From Octopus vulgaris (lineage: Eukaryota): DNA of 64,000 nt. The DNA is taken from NCBI GenBank assembly GCA_951406725.2, contig OX597817.1, forward strand, positions 29,264,001 to 29,328,000, written 5' to 3'. Both the position numbers and the translations under genes were made by a program. Shown piece after piece: positions 14,336 through 27,300 of the stretch (position 1 is its first letter; every line of letters starts with the position of its first letter). The notes below the pieces were generated by a model, which did not search any database, was not told the DNA's origin, and saw only the letters and a list, made by a program, of their open reading frames with translations.

Positions 14336-14610
14336 GAGAGAGAAGCAGTTTACATGGCATTGCTGAAGAATATAAAAATATCATGAATATAAGCAAAAGA
14401 TATAGATAAAGGAAGATAAAGTAAGAAATACAAGATAAAGTAAAGTAAAATAAAATAAATACAAAAGTAAAGAAGATAAAAGGGATTCAAACAGACAGAT
14501 AGACAGATGCTGCTAGTGTTATTCTTTGGCACAGCAGGAAGTAAGTGTAGGTGTCAGTTTTATGGCCAGGGTTAGTAGCTGTAAATATAATCCTAGCTAG
14601 GGGATTTTAT

Positions 14611-15358
14611 TCTTTTACTTGTTTCAGTCATGTGACTGTGGCCATGCTGGAGCACCCCATTTAGTTGAACAATTTAACTCCAGGACTTATTCTTTGTAAG
14701 CCTAGTACTTATTCTATCAGTTCCTTTTGTTGAACAGCTAAGTTACGAGTTTGTAAACACACCAGCATCAGTTGTCAAGCGATGGGGAAAGGACAAACAC
14801 AGATGCACAAATACACACACACACATTCGTTGTTTACACACCTGTCTTCGTCTTTTGCTTTTTTGTAAATTCTCACTATATATATATCATCATCATCATC
14901 ATATATATATATATATATATAATAAATTAATAAATAAAATAAAACATGCATATATACATACATATATGTATGTACCTACCTCTACATGTATATATACATG
15001 CATATATGGGTACAGGACACCAAAAAAACGTCGAACACAATGAGAAACGAAAACATAAACACAAAACCAAGGAAATGGACATTTTTCTTAAACAACAAAA
15101 AAATAGAGTACAGGACATACAATACAAGGAAAATTCCTCTTCTTCTGTCGTCTTTGTTTCATCTACTCCGCGTTTCGAAATATATATATATACACGATGG
15201 ACTACTTTCAGTTTCCGTCTATCAAATCCTCTGACAAGGCTTTGGTCAGTCCGAGGCTATATAGTAGGAGACACTTACACAAGGTGCCATGCAGTGGGAC
15301 TGAACTCAGAACCATGTGGTTGGGAAGCAAGCTTCTTACCACACAGCCACTTCTGCAC
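14611..15358 (-). mobile_element. tRNA-derived SINE family 2 (CORE-like; internal TA/TG tract), expanded by insertions into the tract
   Basis: head at 15195-15358 and tail at 14611-14820 match the intact copies at 54763 and 55688. Confidence 0.75.
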
Positions 15359-16127
15359 CTGTATATGCAAATACTTTTTATTTATTTGACCGATTTGTTT
15401 TGTTTTGTTTTTTGTTTTTATTTTATATTTTTACAAACCTCGAAATATTGAACTCAGAGACAGAAATAAGGCCATTTTCCTACTTTTTATCTACACAGGA
15501 AAAAGATTTTTTAAACTTGAATGACTAATTACACATGTGGATAAAAACTTTGATTATTTCAAAAAAAAAAAAAAAAAAAAAAGATTGTATTGAAAATAAA
15601 ATCATTGCATTGCAGAACATGCAACAGTAACTTGCAAAATAGTTGTAACTTAATTTGAATATCTTACGCTTCATAGCATAAGACTTGAAAACAAAAACAA
15701 AAAACAAAAGCAAACAAACAAAAACCCCAAAAAAAAACTGATAAATATCTGCAAGAAACAGTTCTGAAAAATGTAAATTAAATTACCAGTAGGAATAAAT
15801 TATTCCATTAAACTGCTTTAATAAATAAGAAATAAGTTAGTTATTCAACATATTGTTCCTATGTCTTTTTACTATTAGCGTTTTATTCATTTAATAGGAC
15901 TATTTATAAAAATATAAAATTAGTTATGGAGTTATGAATATATAATATTTATTTGTTCTATAATTGGACTTCAAAGTTTCTCGCTTTGTCTTTGTTTTTT
16001 TTTTGCTTTTGTTTTTGTTGGAAAAAGAAAGAATTAGGAGCCCCCGTCCCACCTACCGACCAAGTTTTAAATGAGGAATGTATAAAGAGGAAAATAAAAA
16101 CCATTTGTAAATTCTGTAACATCCTAC

Positions 16128-16498
16128 TGATGATGATGATGATTATGATAATGATTATGACAATGAAAACAACAACGATGATGATGATGATGATGATAAT
16201 GAGAATGACACCTATGATGGTGATGATGATGATGATGATGATGATAATGATGATGGTGGTGATGATGGTGATGAAAATGATGATGTTGATGATGCTGACG
16301 ATGATGATGATAATGAAGATGATGATGATGGTAGTGATGATGACAACGACGATGATAATGACAATAAAAATAACGATGCTAATGATGATGATGATGATGA
16401 AAACAATGATGATGATGATGATGCTGATGATGACAGTGATGATGACAACAACAACAACAATAATGATGGCAATGACAATGTCGATGTTGCTGATATCA

Positions 16499-16530
<32 letters not shown>

Positions 16531-16531
16531 A
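16128..16531. repeat. degenerate (GAT)n microsatellite
   Basis: directly visible. Confidence 0.95.
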
Positions 16532-16863
16532 TGAAAACAAATGGTATTCAATCTTTCTTTTTAGTAAAGCTTTGTGTAATAGGAACAATTTTTTTCTGAC
16601 GTGATTAGGTGGCCTTATCCTTGGGCACATTGATCGTCAGTGTTTATCCCGCAGCTCAGTTCTGATTGAGTAGATCAAGAATAAAAAAAAAAGTATTCTA
16701 GCCCTCATCATCATCATCATCATCATGCATTTTCTTTTCATTATTTTCATTTCCTTAATGTATCTGAGGAATTCTCTTTGCAAGCATGTTCTTTTGGATT
16801 TGGTTCCACTGCACAGCACCTTGGGTAAGCATTTTCTACAATTGCCCCAGGCTGACCAAAGCC

Positions 16864-17458
16864 AAGACTGAATATATAAACAAGTGCTTGTCCAACAGTG
16901 ACTGCATCATCCATACTCTCAACAATGCGCCCTTAAATATGGTTTCAGATTACAAATATCTTGGGTCATACATATCATCATCTGGAAAAGATTTTCTAAC
17001 TAGAAAGGATATGGCCTGGTCAGCCTGTAATGACATGCATAAGATCTGGTCATCAAATCTAAGTAGAGACTTCAAACTTGAAATCTTCAAAGCCACAGTC
17101 AAACCATTTCTATTATATGGCTCAGAAACCTGGACGTTATCAAAGAAGCTTGAGAGGTGGTTGGATGGAACCTACACTCGCCTCCTTATGAGAGCTCAAA
17201 ATCTCTTATGGAGGCGTCATCCACCCAAAATGCAAATGGACATTGTTGTAGAGTTGAAATCGAGGCAATTTCTACTCTTCTCCTCTGGAAGCCATCTACT
17301 CGCAATACCAGAAGACGTACACTCTCCTACCTTGATGTAATCTCCAGGGATACAGGCATCCAGCAACAGGACCTCTATAATGCCATAATGGACCGTGAAG
17401 TCTGGTGTAGCATGGTAAATTCCATTGTCTCGACCACGGTCGAACAATGATAATGATG
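16864..17458 (+). mobile_element. 5'-truncated RTE/RTEX-like LINE inserted into a family-2 SINE
   Basis: YKYLGS...LLYGSETWTL RT thumb motifs; TGA-repeat tail; AAAGCC duplicated at 16858 and 17459; SINE sequence resumes after the insertion. Confidence 0.85.
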
Positions 17459-17691
17459 AAAGCCTTGTGAGTGAATCTGGAAGATGGAAGCTATTGTATT
17501 TATATATGTATGTGTGTGTGTGTGTATTTCCCCATTACTTAGTGGTATGGCAAAAGAGACTGATGGAATAAACACCAAGCCTAAAAACTAATCCTCCAAG
17601 GTAGTGCTCCAGCATGGCAACAATCAAATGACTAAAACGAGTGACAAAAGATACACTAAACAATGTAACATTATATGTAATCTTTTCAATT

Positions 17692-17899
17692 GGCGAGCTG
17701 GCAGATTTGTTAACACGCTGTGCAAAATGCTAAGTGGCATTTCATTCGTCTTTTGGTTCTGAGTTCAAATTCCACTGAGGTTGACTTTACCTTTCATCCT
17801 TTTGGAGTCGATAAATTACATACTAGTTGTGTACTGGGGTCAATCTAATCGACTGGCCCCTTCCCCCAAGATTTCGGGCCTTGTGCCTAGAGTAGAAAA
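17692..17899 (+). mobile_element. SINE family 1 (short-tail variant)
   Basis: GGCGAGCTGGCAGA head, B box and core. Confidence 0.8.
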
Positions 17900-19281
17900 G
17901 ATTATATGTAATCTTTTCCAAAATGGTTAAGCGGTAGTCCAGTGAAATTTTGCTATTACTTTTAGCAAATTGAGGCCTTCATGTTACATGATGGAGACAC
18001 GTGGCTTAGTGGTTAGAGTACTGGACTTAAGGTTGTAAGATTGTGGTTTCGATTCCTGGATCGGGTGACATGTTGTGTTCTTGTGGAGAATACATCGGTC
18101 CAGTCCACTCAACCGGCAAAAATGAGTTATCCTGTGACAGACTGACTTCCCATCCAGGTGCAGAATATATATGCCATGAAATCGTGAAAGCGGCCCTTGT
18201 CAGTCAGCATGACTTGAGAAAGTAACTTTACCTTGCCTTACCTTTATTTGTTACATGAAAGTGTGTGAGGTGGTAATCTGGGAATGTTATTCATAATTAT
18301 CTAGTCTTGCTACATTACTATCTTCTATCTTACACTTGTTTCTGTCATAGGACTGTGGCCATGCTGGGGCACCACCTTCGAGGGTTTAGTCGAACACATC
18401 AATCCTAGTAATTACTCTTTTTTTTAAAACCTGGTGCTTATTCCATCAGTCTCTTTTACAGGAACATAAACAAACCAGAACCAGTTCTCAATTGATGGTG
18501 AGGGAAGCACAAACACAGACAGTCATACATAGACAAGGCCCAAGGTTATAGTCGAGGACACTTACTCAAGGTGCAGCTCAGTCGCATGACTTATAGAGGC
18601 CTCCTGCAACTTTTTGTTTCAAGGCCCCATCTCTTCAATCAAACCTCATATTTTACGCACCTTTTATTCATAGCTATATTCTATTCTTTAATCTATTTGA
18701 AGTGCAATATCTCACCTTATCCAAAAGAATATCTTAATAAGTACAATTTAAATTTATTCAAGTCTATTATAAATTTCAATAAGTAAAACTTCCAGATATG
18801 AATAAAAGAGCACAGGCAACTTTCAAAGACAAACACGGCACACTTTTCACTTCACAGAATCATCAATCAATACAGATTAATCAAGGTGAGAGCTAACTTT
18901 GTGTTTAATTGATGTCATATACAATCCATAAAGTCTGGTACACATTCTTCGTGGTACAATGTATTACCATTTTTATTTCTTGAAATTTTCAGTTAATATA
19001 GTTTAATTCTTGTTCAACATCTTAACCAAAATAAATAGATGACTCATCTCCATACTTTGATCTCAACATGGGGCCTGTCAACCGTGGAGAACCCCTGCGA
19101 CCGTAGGGGTTGTAGGGGCTTAGCGACGGTCCTGCCAAGGTGCCATATGGTGGGAAAGAACTCAGAACCATATGGTTGGGAATTGAACTTCTTACTATGA
19201 AGCTTTGCCTACACCTATATCTAAAGTCTTGTATGTTTAAAGGCATGACATCTTAAAATTCTACAACACTATAGAGTATAG

Positions 19282-19358
19282 GATATTCAGTAACAGTACT
19301 TTGTAGTAAAGATTGTTTGGTAAACAATCTTTACTACAAAGTACTGTTGCTGAATATC
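19282..19358. repeat. 77-bp near-perfect palindrome (37-bp arms, 3-nt loop)
   Basis: GATATTCAGTAACAGTACTTTGTAGTAAAGATTGTTT-GGT-reverse complement, with one G-U position. Confidence 0.9.
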
Positions 19359-19406
19359 TCACGTTATGAGGTTTAAAAATAGTAATTTTCTAAAATATAA
19401 TATAAC

Positions 19407-19632
19407 TTCTGTTGTGTCTGAGGGAGAGTCATTTTCTTTTTGTGCCTTATAATTTAACACTCTCACCGGTAAAATTTCCACTTGTTTCTTATTTTTATTT
19501 TCCTAAAATTTTCATTGCGTCTTGCAACATTTTCAATGGGCACGAAAAGAAAATGACTCTCCCCAGACACAACAGAATATGCTTCAACACATGAACTCAC
19601 ATAAAGAATCTTGCAAACCAAATCCAAAAACG
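19407..19632. mobile_element. miniature PLE-like fold-back insertion (inverted 3' ends)
   Basis: same family as 20843-21175; flanking near-duplication AAATATAATATAAC/AAATATAATGTAAC. Confidence 0.65.
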
Positions 19633-19792
19633 AAATATAATGTAACTGGAATAAGAGAAAGCAAGTGATGGTTTTTATTACTTTGCTGGCTTCAGTCACT
19701 GTACAGTGGCTATTCTGGAGCACATTTTTATAATGTTTTAGTCAATTATATTGCCCAGGGGTGAGTTTAATATAAAATTTATGAGCTTCTGG

Positions 19793-20170
19793 GTACAAGT
19801 TGACTGTGTGGTAAAAAGCTTGCTTCCCAACCACATGGTTCAGGGTTCAGTTCTTCTGTATGGCACTTTGGGAAAGTGTCTGCTACTATAGCTTCTGGCC
19901 AACCAAAGCCCTGTCAGTGGATTTGGTAGATGGAAGCTGTGAGAAGATCATCGTATATACACATGTGTGTGTGTTTGTGTTTGTCTCCTTGCCACTGCTT
20001 GACAACCATTTTTGGTGTGTTTGTATTCCCATAACTTAACAGTTTGGCATAAGAAACTGATGAAATAAGTCCCAGGTTTTAAAATAAGTAATGGTGGCGA
20101 TTGATTAGACTAAAAATTTTAGGCAGTGCACCAGCATGGCCACAGTCTAATGAATGAAACAAGTGAAAGA
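19793..20170 (+). mobile_element. SINE family 2, diverged
   Basis: head, core and ...GAAACAAGTGAAAG tail. Confidence 0.75.
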
Positions 20171-20842
20171 TTGTGTTGAGTAACTCCCTTTTACATGGAA
20201 TTACAACTCAGAATTTACACTAGTGTATATATAAGCAGACACATTTATGCATTTATATGCTTACATATATGGTAAGCTTCTGTTCAGTTTCTGTACAACA
20301 AATTCTACTCATAAGGCATTGGCCAAACTGAGATTAACACTGTAGAACTGATCTCAGAACATGCGATTGTAAAATAAATCTCTTAACCATACGCTTATGC
20401 TTCACCTGTAAATTTATTTGATGAAACTTTTAGATCAGATAGGACATTATTATAGTGGTACTCATTTCTAAAGTGTTGGAGGATGAGATGTATTTTCAAA
20501 TATCTTGCTAACGTGAGTGATTGATATCATATTTTTGTCTCTTGTCTAACTAGCTAGTCATTGGCTTCCAGTTGTTGTTCTGGATGGTGTTTAACCCAAG
20601 GTCAGTTCTGAGTGAGAAGACCTCTGATTGAAGGTTTTACAGTTATGATCATCCTATCCTTCTTTTAACGTGAACTACATTATGCAACGTGTCTCTTTCT
20701 TCTCAAAGATGATAGTCCTTTAGTTTGTTTTCATCATAACTACCAAGTTCACAACACTAGTTTACAGGTGCACCATGTCTTCAATCTGCCTCTTTCATAC
20801 CAATTACTATGGCTGCTGGTTTTCTAAACAACTAAGTTATGT

Positions 20843-21175
20843 ACTTCAATTTTGGATTTGGTTTACAAGATTCTTTATATGAGTTCCTGTGTTGGAGCAT
20901 ATTCTGTTGCGTCTGAGGAGAGTCATTTTCTTTTTGTGCCTTATATTGTAACACACTCACCGGTAAAATTTCCACTTGTTTCTTATTTTTATTTTCCTAA
21001 AATTTTCGTTGCCTCTTGCAACCTTTTCAATAGTGAGTCAAGACTACTGAAAAGGTTTCAAGATGCAATGAAAATTTTAGGAAAATAAAAATAAGAAATA
21101 AGTGGAAATTTTACCGGTGAGTGTGTTACAATATAAGGCACAAAAAGAAAATGACTCTCCCCAGACACAGCAGAA
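20843..21175. mobile_element. miniature PLE-like fold-back insertion with 10-bp TSD
   Basis: ~135-bp inverted arms around GAGTCAAG; left arm has ~55 extra nt; TAAGTTATGT at 20833 and 21176. Confidence 0.75.
20997..21033 (-). ncRNA. candidate minimal type I hammerhead, U3-A8 variant
   Basis: cua-UUGAAAA-g-guugc(aagag)gcaac-GAA-A(au)U-U-uag; stem I is only 3 bp. Confidence 0.5.
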
Positions 21176-21492
21176 TAAGTTATGTGCTACTTCTGTTCTA
21201 GTTCATATACCCCGTCTTGTACCATTCTAACCAAATTCCTTTGCAATAAATATCTTTGTCCAACCATTTCATCCTGGATCTGTAAAGCAGTGGAATTACT
21301 TCTCTATAGAGTCATCTTACCTGCTTTATAGGCTCCTGAATAACCAATGCACTACTCCATATAGTATTCGTTGACAAAAAAAACCACATCACACATAAAT
21401 CAGAAATGGGTCCTTAGTCTCATGAGGTTGTCAAGCAACTACCTACAGTGCCCTTAAGACTGCACTACCTCTCTACTATGTTTTTCATATTA

Positions 21493-21715
21493 CCTATTTC
21501 TTTACTACCCACAAGGGGCTAAACACAGAGGGGACAAACAAGGACAGACAAACGGATCAAGTCAATTACACTGACCCCAGTGCATAACTGGTACTTAATT
21601 TATCGACCCCGAAAGGATGAAAGGCAAAGTCGACCTCGGCAGAATTTGAACTCAGAACATAACAGGCAGACGAAATACGGCTACGCATTTCGCCCGGCGT
21701 GCTAACAATTCTGCC
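21493..21715 (-). mobile_element. SINE family 1
   Basis: matches the family. Confidence 0.85.
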
Positions 21716-23020
21716 CACCCTACAGAGTTTCAAGCTGAATATTTACTACATGGATCTTATCAATCTCGGACCATCCTGGATACCAGATACCAGGTGTTTC
21801 CCCTCCTCTTTTGGTACTATAAAATTAACTGAAATCATTTGCTCATTCGCAAAAAATCAATATTGCATCAGTTTAAACCAGATTAATGTTATTTTATATT
21901 AATGTTTTCAAAATATTATTTGTATTATGTAGCTGTCCACAGAAAAAAAATCACCTTTTTATAACAAGAGAACTATTCTCTGTAGAATATTTTTTATGAA
22001 AATAGAATCCAGTCTCTGTATTTTTCATTGGCAATATTTATCAAGTGGGTGGGGATTATCATCAAATTGGTTCCCAAGGAAAACAGTTATGGCTCATAGC
22101 TTAAGGGAAATTATGATGTAATTTTCTGTTGAGGTATGGTTCAGAATTTTTATTTTATTTTATAATTTTAAAAAGAAAGAAACTAACAATCTGCTTCAGA
22201 TGTGTTCAAGGAGCTATTCAATCTTCAGAAAAACATTACATTTGAAAGAAAAATTATGCTGACAGCATTTTGTGACACACTACCTAAAGGAGAAATAGAA
22301 ACAGGGATAGAAATAGAGAGAGAGAGAGAAAAGAAAGAGAGAGATATAGAAAGAGAGAATGATTAAATAAGGGATTTACTGAGAATGTTACTTTTCAATA
22401 TGTGAAGCGTAGAAATATTAATTGACTCTTTCAGGCTAGAAGTGTGATAAACTTAAAGAAACAACAGCAAAAATATTACTTTTCTTTTTTCATTCAGAAT
22501 GTCTTTGGGACACCAGTGAAGACGTTTGCCTTCAACTAGTGTAACTAGAGCCACTATGTCTGATAGAGATCATTCTTTGCTATGCTATGTTCATTGAGTT
22601 GTAGTTAAAGGTAAGAATGAAACAGGGATACGATTGAAGTTTTACTTCTATTAATTTTTCTATAATGACAGGCCTATAATTTTTTGAAGAAGTCAATGAG
22701 ATTGGCAAAAAATTGGTACCATTTTTTCCAACAACTTTAGAAAGATATTTCAGAGGAGAAAATAATATGCAATTACCTGTTTCAGTGACTGGATTTTCAG
22801 CATGCTAGGACATTACCTCCAAGGGTTTTAGTAAACAAATTTCAACACTGTACTTATTTTTAAATTTGGCAAATATTTTAGCAATTCCTAATTATCACAT
22901 CTCAAAAGTAAATACTCACTGCTCATTATACCATTTTACCTGTATGGACACTACCAGGTACCCCTAACTTGTTAAAGTGTTATTAGTTTGCATTTTAGAT
23001 TACAGTATATTATCTGTTCC

Positions 23021-23200
23021 AGGTGAAATGCTTAGTGGTATTTCATCTGTCTTTATGTTCTGAGTTCAAATTCCACTGAGGTCGACTTTGCCTTTCATCC
23101 TTTTGGGGTCAATAAATTAAGTACTAGTTGCATACTGGGGTGGATCTAATCAACTGGCCTCCTCCCCAAAAATTTTGGGCCTTGTGTCTAGAAGAGAAAA
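23021..23200 (+). mobile_element. SINE family 1 (short-tail variant), 5'-truncated
   Basis: B box and core. Confidence 0.8.
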
Positions 23201-23880
23201 GGGTATGTTATCTGTTCATGGCAACTAACTATATACAAATATATATATATAAGATGCAAGGATCTAAGTAAAGTAAGATAGTAATCAGCAGCCTGATGAG
23301 TACCTAGTGGAGTCCTGCTAGTTAACAAATTACTACTGCCAAAGTTCTGCTAGCTAGGAAACCTATGTAGAATGGACCTTACCTGCCTCAATTCCCTCAA
23401 TTTGGATTTATACACACACACACACACACAAATATATGTATATTATTCTTAAATAAGAATTATATACATATGCTAAAGTATAAAGTAACCCATTAGATTA
23501 ATGTAAAATTGTTTTTATAACTGAACATAAAAACAAACAATAATATATAAATATTATTCAAAGGAATTCCAACTCTGTCTGTTTTTTGTTTTATTTATAT
23601 TCTTTATAATATTAATGTAGAATATAGAATATATAATATAAATAATATATATAGTAAAATGAAATGAAGTATTGATTGTCTTATTGAATAGATGAAATAT
23701 TGAATACCAAATATTAAGGGACTAGTATACCTTCTTGCATTAAAGCAGTCTTCAAGGTCCCAGGTTGTGACAACCGATATGCCATATGCCTATGGGCTTA
23801 TGGCATAGTGGTTGTCAGCTGCCTTAATAACATCAAAAAATACCTTAGGAATGAGAACCCAGGTTCGAAATTTCCACAAG

Positions 23881-23922
23881 ACATCTGATGAAGGCTGGAG
23901 AGTATATCAGCCGAAGCGTGTT
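23881..23922 (+). ncRNA. degenerate minimal hammerhead in a probable PLE 3'-end fragment (~23826-23966)
   Basis: CTGATGA-a-ggctg(gagagtatat)cagcc-GAAG-cgtgt; GAAA is mutated and stem III eroded. Confidence 0.5.
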
Positions 23923-24059
23923 AACAATGAATAAGATGAGGACAAATGTCCGTGAAATGTAAATAAGGTACTGGAGTCAATTTGTTCTACTGAAACCCTT
24001 TAAGGTGGTGCTCCAGCATGGCTGCAGTCAAATGGCTGTGACATGTAGAAGAATAAAAG

Positions 24060-24190
24060 AATATAAATATATATACTGTATATATATGTGTATACACACA
24101 CACACATATATGTGTATGTATATATATATGTATGCATATGTATATATATATGTATGTATATATGTATGCATATATATATGTATGCATATG

Positions 24191-24229
<39 letters not shown>

Positions 24230-24390
24230 GTATGCATATATATGTATGCATATATATATGTGTATATATATATATATATTTATATATGTATGCATATATA
24301 TTTATATGTATGCATATATATATATGTATGTATATATCTGTGTGTGTGTATATATATATATATATATCATGTGTATAGTGTGTGTATACA
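24060..24390. repeat. (TA)/(TATG) microsatellite
   Basis: directly visible. Confidence 0.9.
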
Positions 24391-27300
24391 AGCTTCTGCA
24401 CCATTTCTGGTTGTTGATTTTACTCTCAAAACATTAATAGGCCAGAGTCTATATCAGAAGACACTTGAAGATGCTACAGAGTGAAACAAACCAAATTTCA
24501 GATCATACTTTCTGAAAGTGAGTTTCTTAACAGCACGCCAATTTTCCCACCGTGAACGGAGGGGAGGTATTCATTTTTGTAATATATCATAATATATCAA
24601 ATAGAGTTTGGAAGTTACGTGTGTTCATTAGACAGAGTTTACCAATTTCATTTAATTTTAATACTTTGTTTAGCGAAATTGGTGGAATTGATGGAAAGAA
24701 GGGGAGCATCAGACTAGACTTTATATTGATTATTATTCTAAGATAGCATGAAACTAAATACAGACAATGAACTCGGAATGATTCAATCAATCCCAATTGG
24801 TCATCGGTTTAACCATAAAAAGTCAATAGATTTAACTGTGCAAGAGGAATAACAGAAGAGAGAAGCATATGAAGATATGCATTGTTCCATATGTTTGACG
24901 GGGAATCTATATTGCATAGAAATCTCATTCGGTAGCAGGTGTTCAATGATAGATTACAATTCAACTGTAAAGTTATGTATATTACTTAAAACTAGTTAAA
25001 CTTATCTAGTAGAGAAATTACACCGCGGTATTAATAAACTTACTTTTCGTTTACTGTTGTGAATATGTAACCATATATAAAACATTCAGATTGATAGCTT
25101 CTCGTGGCTTCTTAACAATGGTTAGCTGACAGATTTACTGGAATATGAAGCAATCAATTTTCGAATTGGTCAGTATAGTGTCACGTGCTTCACGTGCATT
25201 ATGGACTGTTATGTCAGCACAAACGTTGTGTCCAAAATAAAATAGTAAAATAAATATTCCAAGTTGAAAACTGAACTATGAAGATTACACGATTAGGATT
25301 TCATTAGTTTTGCTTTATAAAATAGTAAAACAGTAACATTGAAATAAAGGAAATTTAATTAAAAAACTTTAAATTATTTGATAATCATCAAATGTTAAAT
25401 CTCACCTGAAAATAAGCTAACAAGGAAGCCTCTAGACTCGATTTACTAGAAATAGATGCAAAATTCCGCTCAAATCAAACCTCTGATTTAATCAGGAAGA
25501 ACATATATAAGATGGGAGGGTCACAACTGGAAAGTCAGTGATCATTGGTCTACTGAATTAGAGGCATTCTGGGACATTAGTCCCAGCAACACCAGAAGCT
25601 TACTGATGTTCTTCAAAATGTATTGGATGCACTAGAAATTCCTACACATTCCCCAAAGCGACAACCTTCTGGGACAGAATAAAGCAGTCATGTTCCTTTT
25701 CAATGTTGGTAAAATCAAAATTTTACAGGATTCAATGATGATTCCTTTGTTACTGCTGTATTTATTTTATTTTTGTTTTCTTTAGTTCTTAATGTATTCT
25801 ATTGAAAACTATGCATGATGCTTCTGATATTAAAAATTTCAAGATAACTTCATATTGTAGCCATAAAATTCTTGTACTGCATTTAAAACAGCTTCAAAAT
25901 AAAACCAAATTTCATGAAATTTTATTTAAAAAATACTAAATATTAGATATAAAATTTTTATTTGCACTCTGATATTATATAATTTTGCAAACAGTTAATG
26001 AAGACCTTGCTGAGAACATTTCATTTGCTCTTTGATCAATATATTGCACCTGCATATGCACAGTTGTATAAAGATGTCCTTACTTGAGTTACTCAACCAG
26101 GTAAAAACTGGAAGTATGCAAGAATGGAAGAATAGATGTTCATTAAAAGGCTTTTATTCTAATACCTGACAAATACTTTATTGATGTGTTACCAGCACAG
26201 TTTATATAAAATATCTACTGTTATTGTTTCGCATGCTTGTACAGTCCCAAAATTGCAGTTTCAGATTCTAGTTCCTTTCGTATTTGCATTTGATTTCATT
26301 GTGTGAAGATTAAAAGCAATGTTAGAGTAGAATCTGAAGATTTTCAGAAAGGAAAATTCGTTACCATGACAAACTGTCAACAAAAAATACTCATAATTTT
26401 CATTAAGGTAAGTCTTTGGCAGGAACTAAATGACAAATAATCAAACATAAATGTCTGTGCCAGTGGTACGTGACCTGCTGTGCTTGAGTCAAGTACATCA
26501 ATATCAAAATAAATACCAAATAGAAAATGTAGTTGTGATACCTGTGCCGGTGGCATATAAAAAGCACCCACTACACTCACAGAGTGGTTGGCATTAGGAA
26601 GGGCATCCAGCTTTAGAAACACTGCCAGATCAGACTGGAGCCTGGTGCAACCTCCTGGCTTCCCAGACACCGGTCGAAGCGTCCAACCCGTGCTAGCCCA
26701 AAAAGCAGACGTTAAACGATGATGATGATAATGATGATGAAATTGTGCTCATATTTTCTCAATTTAACCCTCAGCAATTTATATTTTTTATGGGTTTCAT
26801 TTGTTAGATTGTGACCATGCTGAAGTATGGCCAACCAGGGTAAAGCTAATAATGTCAGCACTGATTTTATTGTCTGGTACTTATTTTAGCAAGCCCCTCA
26901 CTGAATGCTAAAACAGAAAGCCCTGGGAAGAATTGTGATGTAAAGACCATTAAATCAAAATGACAAAAGGTTTTATCTGTTGCTCTGACAATTCTGCTAT
27001 GCATTCCTCAAACATTGCTTCTCTATCTTTTTTAGAATGTATTTTTGTTTCTGTTAAATGGATAAGCAGATATTCAGACTCTCCCTAGACACAACAGATA
27101 TTTAGATTAATGGGGAAGATTATATGAGAATGTTTAAAATACAGACTGATCTTGTTGATGTCAACGTTCCAGAAAAGAATTATTACAGAATTATTACCAT
27201 GCAACTAAATATGAAATATATAAAATAAAAAAAATTGATAAGAAGAAAAGCATAAAAACATGAAAGGAAATAGTTGTTCATGCCAAAGCAGGTATGGCAG

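Noticed and set aside
15953-16551. Poly-Met/Ile/Ser ORFs, also at 33.0 and 58.1 kb
   Set aside because: (GAT)n repeat artefacts
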